Assembly (NCBI GenBank): GCA_963741905.1
Contig: CAVUJZ010000017.1
Span: 273,626-337,625 of the forward strand
Direction: 5' to 3'
Source of the DNA: an uncultured Acidobacteriota bacterium
GTDB lineage: Bacteria; Acidobacteriota; Thermoanaerobaculia; Gp7-AA8; CAVUJZ01
DNA: 64,000 nt
Shown: in pieces, positions 8,801-17,507 of the stretch
How the letters are laid out: the number at the start of each line of letters is the position of its first letter
Position numbering within the stretch: position 1 is the first letter of the stretch
Program-made: the position numbers and the translations under genes
The notes under the pieces: generated by a model
Database searches by the model: none
What the model was told of the DNA's origin: nothing
What the model saw: only the letters and a program-made list of their open reading frames with translations

Positions 8801-10612
8801 CTACCGCCGATGCTCTCCCCAGCAGAGTTGCCAGAGATTCAACTCCCCGGAACCTCCGGTACCTGACCCGTCGACGGCGATTTCCAGGAGATTGTGATCC
8901 GACTGAAGACTCCTGGGCACCTCGTAGATCACCTGGTGACCTCCCCGCCCGAGCTCTTCCCGCTCCAGTCGCTGGCCGTTCCACTGAATCTCGACCGTCG
9001 ATCGTGCTTCGAGCGTGAAGCCAAGCTTCAACCAGCCGCTGTCGGCCCCGGGTGATGGCGGGAGCATCAGCGCGGATCTGCCGCCCATCGTTCGGGAGGG
9101 GCGCTCCGGATCCGTCTCCGTGTCAGGCGCGCTCCATCCGGCGCGGAAGTCCGCACGCTCGCGCCAGGGGACGATGGAGATGTGGTAGTAGTGCGAGCGG
9201 GTGATCTTCCGCAGAGGATACTCCTGGCGATCGAACCGCACGACGGCATTCGGATCGGTGCCCTCACCCACCAGCAGAGTCCCCGGCTCGACCGGTGCGA
9301 GGGGGACGGCGTCGATGTCCAGGACCTGCGTGAGGGGCACGTCGCGGAGCGCATACTCAGCGAATGGCTTCATTCCGAACGCCACCGCCAGGTGGGGCAT
9401 CACCACCGAGGGCTGACTCTCGAGCCACTCCACGGCTGCCCAGGAGGGGGAGTCGCTGGTGCGGACGAGAGCCAGCGAGGGGAGCGTCCAGACGAGAAAC
9501 GCCGCGCTGATGGCCACCGCGCCGGACCAGAAGATGGCCGGCTTCCAGCGCGAACCTCGCGCCGTCCATCCGCTGACCCGCTCCAGACCGTCCATGGCGA
9601 TCATCGCGAACATCGGGCTGTAGCCGATCGCGAACCGGGTCAGGCTGAACCGGTCGAGCAGAAGAATGGCCATCAGCAGAAACGGTCCGAACGTGGATGC
9701 CACCAGGAAGACGGCAAGTCGCCTTTTGCGAAAGGAGGCCACGATCGAGACGAGCACGAGCAGCGAGACCAGATGGCCCAGCGTGAAGAACGAGTAGTGC
9801 CGGAAGGCGAACTCGCCGAACACGGTCAACAGCGGGGGCCGGTCCGGACTGAGAAAGGAATCCTGAGTGAGGATGTATTGCCGGTGCGCGCTCAGCGTGG
9901 CGAGATAGCCCTGGACCGACGCGGATGCGAGCGCAGCGCCGGTGTAGATTCCGATCAGGACCAGGCCGCCGGCGACCATCCCGAAGAGCGGTGTTTTCAC
10001 CTCCCGCCGGCGCAACCACGCGGCGGAGGCGAGCAGCGCGGGGATCATTCCGATCAGCAGATTCTGAGGGCGCACCCCGGACGCCAGGGCGAGAACCACC
10101 GCCCCGAGGATCAGCGAGCTTCTGCTCCGGCAGCCCCGGAGAAGCAACGCCACCGCCAGACAGACCAGCATCAGCGACAAGACGTCACTGAACGCGGTTC
10201 CACCAAAGAACCAGATGTTCGGGAAGAAGCAGCAGAGGAGGCTTCCGCCCGCCGCCACCGGAAAGGAAAACCGCATCTCCCGGGCCATGAAGAGCAAGGC
10301 GGGGAAGAGAAGCAGCGAGGCGATCAGGACCACCGTCTGAAGGGCGACGAAATCGCTCGCGACGACCGGGCGGATCAGATGGGCGAGGAAGATGTAGAGA
10401 GGAAATCCCGGCGGATGGGGGTGGTGAAGGGTCACGTCGAACTGGCGCAATCCCAGTGCGAACAGAATCTCGTCCCACTCCCAGGGAGTGCGGGCGAGTG
10501 CGAGAAACCGGCTGGCCGCCACCGCGATCGCCAGGATCGGTATGGCCACACGCGCGTGGCGTGACCACGGCTCAGGCGGAGTGCTCAGCTCATCGAGAAG
10601 GCGTCGGATCAT
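8801..10612 (-). CDS. GT-C fold membrane glycosyltransferase (ArnT/PMT/GT39-like)
   Basis: 603 aa with about 12 predicted TM helices. The first loop carries WEWDEILF..HHPHPPGFPLY, and there is a soluble C-terminal domain. The ATG overlaps the upstream stop codon (ATGA at 10609-10612). Confidence 0.55.
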   Translation of the reverse strand: MIRRLLDELSTPPEPWSRHARVAIPILAIAVAASRFLALARTPWEWDEILFALGLRQFDVTLHHPHPPGFPLYIFLAHLIRPVVASDFVALQTVVLIASLLLFPALLFMAREMRFSFPVAAGGSLLCCFFPNIWFFGGTAFSDVLSLMLVCLAVALLLRGCRSRSSLILGAVVLALASGVRPQNLLIGMIPALLASAAWLRRREVKTPLFGMVAGGLVLIGIYTGAALASASVQGYLATLSAHRQYILTQDSFLSPDRPPLLTVFGEFAFRHYSFFTLGHLVSLLVLVSIVASFRKRRLAVFLVASTFGPFLLMAILLLDRFSLTRFAIGYSPMFAMIAMDGLERVSGWTARGSRWKPAIFWSGAVAISAAFLVWTLPSLALVRTSDSPSWAAVEWLESQPSVVMPHLAVAFGMKPFAEYALRDVPLTQVLDIDAVPLAPVEPGTLLVGEGTDPNAVVRFDRQEYPLRKITRSHYYHISIVPWRERADFRAGWSAPDTETDPERPSRTMGGRSALMLPPSPGADSGWLKLGFTLEARSTVEIQWNGQRLEREELGRGGHQVIYEVPRSLQSDHNLLEIAVDGSGTGGSGELNLWQLCWGEHRR

Positions 10613-12183
10613 GCCGAAGCCCGGAAGCGCCGGAACGCTCTGGCGAATTTCATCATCGCGGGAAGATTGGAGATTTTCACCTTCCCGGTCATCACGGCGA
10701 ACTGCGGGTCCTTCTCACCGCTCTCGACCCCGAGGTAGGTCTTCTCATTCGTGGTGACGATGCAATCCGGATCCCCGTGGAGTCCCTCCCGGACGGTGCA
10801 GGATCCGCCGTCGATCGTGACGGTCCATTCGGGAGGATCCGCATCGGAGATCCGGAAGTGGAAGCAGGCGCGCCAGCCCTCGGTTCGGTCCGCTCGGAGC
10901 CGTCGCGGAAGGGAGCGAAACAGCGCGGGGAGGGTCAGGGGTCCGTCTGATTGCTCTTCGTCGGAACCCCCCGCACCCGGATCGTCGGCCGCCGTTGCAC
11001 TCTCCCCGGAAGGGTGCTTCTCGAAGCGCACTCCGTCGATGTCGATCTTTGCGATGATCTCGCGCATGATCTCGCTGGTTCCGGCGACGATCGTCGACAC
11101 CCGTGCGTCCCGATAGAACCGCGAGATGACGTACTCCTCGGTGTAGCCGAAGCCGCCGAAGAACTGCAGGCATTCGTCGGCCACCCTGGTGTTCAGCTCG
11201 GTGGCGAGAAGCTTGGCCATCGCCGACTCCCGCACCGCCTGATGCCCGTTCTGGTGGAGCCAGGCCGCGTGATAGACCAGTTGGCGCACCGATTCGAGCT
11301 CCGCGAACAGATCGGCGAGACGGTGCCGAAGCGCCTGGAACCGGTTGATCGGACGGCCGAACGCCTGCCGCTGACTCATGTAGTCGAGGGTTTCCTGCAG
11401 GATCAGATCCGACGCACCGATCGAGGTGGCCGCGGCCACGAGACGCTCGAGCGCGAAGGTCTCCATGATCGCGTAGAAGCCCTCGTTTCTCAGGCCCACC
11501 AGATGATCTGCCGGCACCCGTACGCCGTCGAAAGTAATCTCTGCCGTATCGGAGCAATGCCATCCCATCTTGCGGATCGGTTTCGCGGCCACTCCCGGGG
11601 TTCCGGCGTCGACGACGATCAGACTGATTCCTCCCGCGCCGGCATCCGGATCGGTCTTGCAGGCGACGACATTGAAGTCTCCATACACCCCGTTGGTGAT
11701 CCAGGTCTTGGCTCCGTCGATGATCCACTCGCCGCCCTCGAGAACCGCGCGGGTGCGAATGGCGGCGACATCCGATCCCGCATCGGGCTCGGAGATGGAG
11801 ATGGACCCCACCTTCTCGCCCGAGATCGACGGGACGAGATAACGCAGTTTCAGATCCTCCGATCCGCGATGGAAGATCGCACCGGTGGCGATGAACTGCT
11901 GCACCGTGACCGCCGCGGCGAAGCCGCCCATCCGGGAGCGGGCCAGCTCCTCCAGAAAGGCGATGGCGAAAAAGAGATCCGCGCCCGATCCGCCGTATGC
12001 CTCAGGGAAGGTGATCCCGAGGAAGCCGCGCTCGCCCATCCGCCTCCAGATGTGGGGTGGAATGCGTTGGTCCCGTTCCCACTCCGCGGCGTAGGGGGCG
12101 ACTTCCGTCTCCATCAGCTCACGCACGCTGCGGCGGAACATCTCGTGTTCTTCGGTAAAGTAGGCGGAGGGCATCGCTCGCAA
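10609..12183 (-). CDS. Acyl-CoA dehydrogenase fused to a C-terminal SCP2 sterol-carrier-like domain
   Basis: 524 aa. The ACAD hallmark layout is present (FTEEHEMFR.., ..GSDVAAIRTRA.., ..YRDARVSTIVAGTSEIMREIIA). After a linker comes FHFRISDADPPEWTVTIDGGSCTV..DPQFAVMTGKVKISNLPAMMKF, which looks like SCP2. Confidence 0.85.
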   Translation of the reverse strand: MRAMPSAYFTEEHEMFRRSVRELMETEVAPYAAEWERDQRIPPHIWRRMGERGFLGITFPEAYGGSGADLFFAIAFLEELARSRMGGFAAAVTVQQFIATGAIFHRGSEDLKLRYLVPSISGEKVGSISISEPDAGSDVAAIRTRAVLEGGEWIIDGAKTWITNGVYGDFNVVACKTDPDAGAGGISLIVVDAGTPGVAAKPIRKMGWHCSDTAEITFDGVRVPADHLVGLRNEGFYAIMETFALERLVAAATSIGASDLILQETLDYMSQRQAFGRPINRFQALRHRLADLFAELESVRQLVYHAAWLHQNGHQAVRESAMAKLLATELNTRVADECLQFFGGFGYTEEYVISRFYRDARVSTIVAGTSEIMREIIAKIDIDGVRFEKHPSGESATAADDPGAGGSDEEQSDGPLTLPALFRSLPRRLRADRTEGWRACFHFRISDADPPEWTVTIDGGSCTVREGLHGDPDCIVTTNEKTYLGVESGEKDPQFAVMTGKVKISNLPAMMKFARAFRRFRASA

Positions 12184-12248
12184 TGATAGCTCGCGATGAG
12201 AACGGTGTGAGAGCTCCCGTCGGCCACGAAGCCCATGCGGGTGCCGCT

Positions 12249-13640
12249 CTCGTCATCCTGAGCGCCAGTACACGTGTCGAAGCCCATGCCGTGGGTCGCC
12301 CTCGTCATCCTGAGCGCCGGCAAACGTGTCGAAGCCCATGCGGTGGGTCGCGAAGGATCTTGCCTTCGTGAGGGTCGAGAGCGCGGCACACGCGAAACGC
12401 CGGTACTACCCGCTGGGCTCGATTCGCCACCAGCGCGGATTCGTCTCGACCGTTGCGAGAGGCAAGATCCTTCGCGGGACGGTTCTCGGCTTCGACACCA
12501 GCACGGGCGCTCAGGATGACCGAGTGGGGGACGTTCCCGCAAGGTTGTCGCCCTCGTCATCCTGAGCGCCGGCAAACGTGTCGAAGCCGATGCGGTGGGT
12601 CGCGAAGGATCTTGCCTTCGTGAGGGTCGAGAGCGCGGCACACGCGAAACGCCGGTACTACCCGCTGCGCTCGATTCGCGCGGATTCGTCTCGACCGTTG
12701 CGAGAGGCAAGATCCTTCGCGGGACGGTTCTCGGCTTCGACACCAGCGCGGGCGCTCAGGATGACCGGGTGGGGGTCCGTTGCCGTAAGGTTGTCGCCCT
12801 CGTCATCCTGAGCGCCGGCGAACGTGTCGAAGCCGATGCTGTGGGTCGCGAAGGATCTTGCCTTCGTGAGGGTCGAGAGCGCGAAACGCGACACCGCTGC
12901 GCTCGATTCGCCCATCAGCGCGGATTCGTCTCGACCGTTGCGAGAGGCAAGATCCTTCGCGGGACGGTTCGCGGCTTCGACACCAGCGCGGGCGCTCAGG
13001 ATGACGGAGTGGGGGACGTTGCCGTAAGGTTGTCGCCCTCGTCATCCTGAGCGCCAGTGAACGCGTCGAAGCCGATGCGGGTGCCCCCTCGTCATCCTGA
13101 GCGCCGGCAAGCGTGTCGAAGCCGATGCTGTGGGTCGCCCTCGTCATCCTGAGCGCCGGCGAACGCGTCGAAGCCGATGCTGTGGGTCGCGAAGGATCTT
13201 GCCTTCGTGAGGGTCGAGAGCGCGGCACACGCGAAACGCCGGTACTACCCGCTGCGCTCGATTCGCCCTCCGCGCGGATTCGTCTCGACCATTGCGAGAG
13301 GCAAGATCCTTCGCGGGACGGTTCGCGGCTTCGACACCAGCACGGGCGCTCAGGATGACCGGGTGGGGGACGTTGCCGCAAGGTTGTCGCCCTCGTCATC
13401 CTGAGCGCCAGTGAACGTGTCGAAGCCGATGCCGTGGGTCGCGAAGGATCTTGCCTTCGTCAGGGTCGAGATTCCTCCACGCGAAACGCCGGTACCACCC
13501 GCTGCGCTCGATTCGCCACCAGCGCGGATTCGTCTCGACCGTTGCGAGAGGCAAGATCCTTCGCGGGACGGTTCTCGGCTTCGACCCCAGCACTGGCGCT
13601 CAGGATGACCGAGTGGGCGACATTGCCGCGAGGTCGCCCG
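12249..13640. repeat. Tandem array of about 250-bp units, each containing a long (about 215-nt) imperfect palindrome
   Basis: Full units lie at 12301-12520, 12553-12765, 12799-13005, 13140-13359 and 13393-13609. Each is bounded by CTCGTCATCCTGAGCGCC and GGCGCTCAGGATGAC, with mirrored internal blocks (TGTCGAAGCCGA/TCGGCTTCGACA and CGCGAAGGATCTTGCC/GGCAAGATCCTTCGCG). Left-arm-only copies of 52 nt lie at 12249, 13038 and 13088. A conserved linker of about 32 nt (..GTGGGGGACGTTGCCGCAAGGTTGTCGCC) joins the units. Confidence 0.9.
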
Positions 13641-13728
13641 CAACACGTCGCTGGTCGACAGCCGCGTGGGCGAGGGGAGCGCGTTTCATGTTGCCCTTCC
13701 CGCCCTGGACGCCGGGCGCGACTGAACT

Positions 13729-15867
13729 TCAGGCGTAGAATCGCTCTCCGTTCCCCGCAATCTCGACCAGCAGAGGGGCCGGCTCGAATCGCGCCCCCAG
13801 CCTCGAAGCCAGCTCCCTCATCCGGCGCACCACCGACTCCGGGCCGGCGGCATCCACCGTGTGGAACGGACCTCCACGGAATGGCGGGAATCCCAGTCCG
13901 AGAATGGCCCCGACGTCCCCGTCCCGAGCCGAAGAGAGGATTCCCTCCTGAAGACACCAGACCGCCTCGTTGATCATCAACAGGGACAGCCTGTCGGCCA
14001 TCTCACGCGAGTCGATCGCTTTTCCATCGGCGCCGCCGAAGAACCGGGAAACGTCCGGGTTGATCGGTCTCGATCCGTGGCGGTTTTCCGGTTCATAGAG
14101 GAAGAACCCCTTCCCGTTCTTGCGGCCTCCATAGCCGGCCTCGACCATCCTCGGGAGAATGTCCGATGGCGCAAGCCCGCGCGCGGCGAAGGCCTGACCG
14201 AGATCGCGTGAGACATGGGTCGCCACGTCGAGGCCCACCTCATCGAGCAGAGTCACCGGCCCCACGGGGAATCCGTACTGCCTGAGTGCTGCATCCAGCG
14301 CATCGATTTCCGCTCCTTCCCCGAGCAGGACGATCGCCTCGTTCATGAATGGTGCGAGGATCCGGGTGGTGTAGAAGCCGGGGCCGTCGCGGACCACGAT
14401 GACCGTCTTTCCCTGCGCCGTTCCGAAGGCGTGTGCGGTCGCGATCGCTCGATGGGCGGTCTTCTCTGTCCGGACGATTTCCAGGAGCGGCATCTTCGGA
14501 ACCGGTGAGAAGTAGTGCATGCCCAGAACGCGCTCTGGGTGGAGCGCTCCGGCAGCGATGTCCGCGATGGGAATCGCGGAGGTATTCGACGCGAAAACCG
14601 CATCGGAGGTGAGCACCGTCTCGGCGTCGGCGAGGACCTGTCGTTTGAGATCGCGGTTCTCGAAGACCGCCTCGATGACCAGATCGCATTCTTCCAGATC
14701 TCGAGCGCTCGTGCTGGTCTTGAGCTTTCTCTTTCCTCCGCCGGGGAGCTCGGCACCGACGGACCCGGAGCGAACGCGCCGCTCGAGGTTGTGGGCAATG
14801 CGCTCGGTTGCGCGGTGGAGAGTCTCCTCCGAAATATCCTGGAGAATCACGGCGGCGAGATCGATCGAGATCGAGGCGATCCCCTCTCCCATCAGTCCCG
14901 CTCCGATCACCCCCAGCCGGGCGATCGCCCGAGGGGGGGCATCGACGGGTGGGCGTTTGAGATCCGTCGTCGCCTTGAAGAGCCAGATCAGATGCCGCGA
15001 TCCGGCAGACGTGACCAGGGTTCCGAAGAGCTCGATCTCCTTCTGCCGCCCCGCCTCGAAGCCGTCGCGAAGACCGGTCTCCACGGCGTCCAGAAGCGCG
15101 TGTGGGGCCCGATAGTGGCTGCCGGTCTTTTTCCTGACTGCCTCCCGTGCGCGGCGCAGGACGAATCCGCGGACCGGAGCGAAGTTGGTCAGGCGCTGGA
15201 GGAAGGAACGCGATCTGCGATTGGAAAGGGGTCGTCCCCGTAGGAGCCTCGAACAGGCGCGGTCGACCACCTCGGGTAAAGAGTCCGGTGTGGCGATCTC
15301 GTCGATCAGACCGTACTCCAGAGCCTTCCGCGCTCGGATCCGTTTTCCGCTGAGCATGATCGGGAGAGCCCGAGCCAGCCCGATCAGGCGGGGAAGCCGC
15401 TGTGTTCCGCCTCCCGCCGGGATCAGGCCGATCATCGCTTCCGGAAGGCCCAGGACAGTCGCGGGGTGTTCGGTGGCGATGCGATAGTGGCAGGCGAGCG
15501 CGATCTCCAGTCCTCCCCCGAGCGCGGCACCGTGGATGGCGGCGATCACCGGCTTCCGGCTGCCGGCGACCCGGTCGAGCAGCCGATGCGCTTCCCGGAC
15601 GAAGGCCGAGGCCTCCCGTGAGGAGCTCATCGAGAGGATCTCGTCGAGATCGGCGCCGGCCAGGAAGTTGTCGGTCTTCGCGCTCTCGAGGACCACGACG
15701 GCGATCGATTCGTCACTCTCGATTCGATCGAGCAGCTCCCCGAACCCGCGGAAGAAGGCGCGGGAGATCACGTTGACTTTCTCTCCGGGTGTGTCGAAAA
15801 CGACATGAAGAACACGGTCCTGCTGCCGGATCCGGAATGGGAGGTCATCTCTGGTGTCGGCGTCCAC
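13729..15867 (-). CDS. Multifunctional fatty-acid oxidation enzyme (enoyl-CoA hydratase plus 3-hydroxyacyl-CoA dehydrogenase, FadB/FadJ type)
   Basis: 712 aa. The N-terminal crotonase fold carries FLAGADL and AAIHGAALGGGLEIALAC. The central part has the Rossmann motif LGVIGAGLMGEGIA. A 3HCDH C-terminal domain follows. Confidence 0.9.
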   Translation of the reverse strand: MDADTRDDLPFRIRQQDRVLHVVFDTPGEKVNVISRAFFRGFGELLDRIESDESIAVVVLESAKTDNFLAGADLDEILSMSSSREASAFVREAHRLLDRVAGSRKPVIAAIHGAALGGGLEIALACHYRIATEHPATVLGLPEAMIGLIPAGGGTQRLPRLIGLARALPIMLSGKRIRARKALEYGLIDEIATPDSLPEVVDRACSRLLRGRPLSNRRSRSFLQRLTNFAPVRGFVLRRAREAVRKKTGSHYRAPHALLDAVETGLRDGFEAGRQKEIELFGTLVTSAGSRHLIWLFKATTDLKRPPVDAPPRAIARLGVIGAGLMGEGIASISIDLAAVILQDISEETLHRATERIAHNLERRVRSGSVGAELPGGGKRKLKTSTSARDLEECDLVIEAVFENRDLKRQVLADAETVLTSDAVFASNTSAIPIADIAAGALHPERVLGMHYFSPVPKMPLLEIVRTEKTAHRAIATAHAFGTAQGKTVIVVRDGPGFYTTRILAPFMNEAIVLLGEGAEIDALDAALRQYGFPVGPVTLLDEVGLDVATHVSRDLGQAFAARGLAPSDILPRMVEAGYGGRKNGKGFFLYEPENRHGSRPINPDVSRFFGGADGKAIDSREMADRLSLLMINEAVWCLQEGILSSARDGDVGAILGLGFPPFRGGPFHTVDAAGPESVVRRMRELASRLGARFEPAPLLVEIAGNGERFYA

Positions 15868-15968
15868 GACATCAGTGTAGCGCCTCGAGAGTGGAGGGAT
15901 CGGGGCGAGCCACCGGATAACCCCCGGTATGGTACGCCATCCGCAGTCTTGTCGAGGAAGGAGGACCT

Positions 15969-16244
15969 ATGGCTGTGATCGTTTACGGGGCTGACTGGTG
16001 TGGTGACGTGGTCAGCCTCAGGCGCGAGCTGGATGCCCGCAGAATCAATTACCGTTTCATCGATGTCGACGAGGATCATGCGGCATCCGAACGAGTGAAG
16101 AACTGGAACAACGGCCGTCGTCGGATTCCGACCGTCGAGATCGAGTCGAAGATGGGAAACGCCATTCTCCGGGTGCCGCATGCCGGTGAGGTGGAATCGG
16201 AACTGGAGAAGCTCGGCCTCGCCAACTACGATCAGTCCTCCTAG
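15969..16244 (+). CDS. Glutaredoxin-like thioredoxin-fold protein with a single Cys (WCGD)
   Basis: 91 aa. The layout VIVYGADWCGDVVSLRRELDARRINYRFIDVDED...RRIPTVEI is typical of small glutaredoxin/NrdH-like proteins. Confidence 0.6.
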   Translation: MAVIVYGADWCGDVVSLRRELDARRINYRFIDVDEDHAASERVKNWNNGRRRIPTVEIESKMGNAILRVPHAGEVESELEKLGLANYDQSS

Positions 16245-16252
16245 ACCACGCC

Positions 16253-16366
16253 CTCGTCATCCTGAGCCGTTGAAGGCCCCCCGTGTGGGACGGGTCTCCC
16301 GACCCGTCCCGGGTATCGGACGTCTCGTCCGACCCCCATGGGCGCCATTCAACGGCTCAGGATGAC
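16253..16366. repeat. Solo 114-bp palindromic element sharing the GTCATCCTGAGC terminal inverted repeat with the 12.2-13.6 kb array
   Basis: CTCGTCATCCTGAGCCGTTGAA and TTCAACGGCTCAGGATGAC form perfect 19-bp terminal inverted repeats. Inner hairpins are GGGACGGGTC-tccc-GACCCGTCCC and CGGACG-tct-CGTCCG. The element starts 9 nt after the stop of the glutaredoxin-like gene. Confidence 0.8.
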
Positions 16367-16454
16367 CGGGCAGGTGCACCCACGGCAGGATTGATCTCCG
16401 GCCCGGCAGCGTGGATAATCTGCTGCAAATTCAATCTGCAGGAAGGGCCAATCC

Positions 16455-17457
16455 ATGAAGAAGGGTTTCAGGATTCTGGGGATTCTTGTCGCCGTCGTCG
16501 TTCTGGTCGCTGCCGGGGGAGTGGCGTTTCTGATGCTGCGGTTTCCACGGCATCGCCCGCTGACTGCTCTGTCGATCGATCCGACGCCCGAGCGCGTAGC
16601 CCGGGGGCGCTACATCGTGGAGCACGTCAGCGACTGTTTCGGGTGTCACTCCGACCACGATTTCGATCGTTTCGGGATCCCGGTGAAGGCGGGAACCGAG
16701 GGCCAGGGGGGCTTCGTCTTCGACGAGAAGTTGGGTGTTCCCGGCATCGTGGCCGCGCACAACATCACCCCCGATCCGGCCACGGGGATCGGAAGCTGGA
16801 CGGACGATGAAGTGGTGCGGGCGATCCGGGAAGGGGTGTCGCGAGACGGCCGCCCGCTGTTTCCGATGATGCCGTACGAGGATTTCCGTCACATGAGCGA
16901 TGAGGACGTCTACTCGGTGGTCGCGTATCTGCGGAGTCTGCACCCGGTCCGGAACACCGTCGCGGCCACCCGGATCAAATTTCCGGTGAACCTGATCATG
17001 CGGACCATTCCGTCCCCGCTCTCGGCCCCGGTCACCGCGCCGAGCGACGAGCAGGACCATCTCGGCTATGGAAGATATCTGGTGACCATTGCCGGCTGCG
17101 GCGGGTGTCATACACCCCATGACGACAAGGGGGCGCCGATTCTCTCGGAGAGCTTCAGCGGCGGATGGGAGATGCACGGACCATGGGGACGGGTGGTGAC
17201 GGCCAACATCACCCCGGCATCCAACACATTCGTCGGAACGGCGACAAAGGAGGAGTTCATCGCCCGATTCAAGGGCTTCGCCTCGATGAATCCGAGACGC
17301 TCCGGTGGCCGGTCCCGGACAGAACACGGTGATGCCGTGGCTCGCATTGTCAGGGATGACCGAGAAGGATCTCGGCGCGATCTACGACTATCTCCACACG
17401 CTTCCGCCGGTGGAGAAGGAAGTCGTGACATTTCCGGATGCCATGGGCTCGAACTGA
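16455..17457 (+). CDS. c-type cytochrome (multihaem), with a frameshift near 17295
   Basis: An N-terminal TM/signal segment is followed by haem motifs CFGCH and CGGCH. After a frame switch the C-terminal part reads ..GQNTVMPWLALSGMTEKDLGAIYDYLHTLPPV, typical of a cytochrome c subunit of membrane dehydrogenases. The true stop is at 17455-17457. Confidence 0.7.
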
Positions 17458-17507
17458 GAACGGAAGGCTGCTCGCCGCGACGGCGCGGCGAGCCGCGATC
17501 CGTCAGC

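Noticed and set aside
12249-13640. Possible CRISPR array (regularly spaced repeats)
   Set aside because: The units are about 250 bp and are almost entirely conserved, including the linkers. There are no unique spacers of 25-40 bp, and no cas genes occur in the window. The same reasoning applies to the array at 54781-55703.
12274-13738. Family of 65-95-aa ORFs such as MSKPMRWVAKDLAFVRVESAAHAKRRYYPLRSIR...
   Set aside because: They are translations of the tandem repeat in several registers on both strands. The frames are not maintained from unit to unit.
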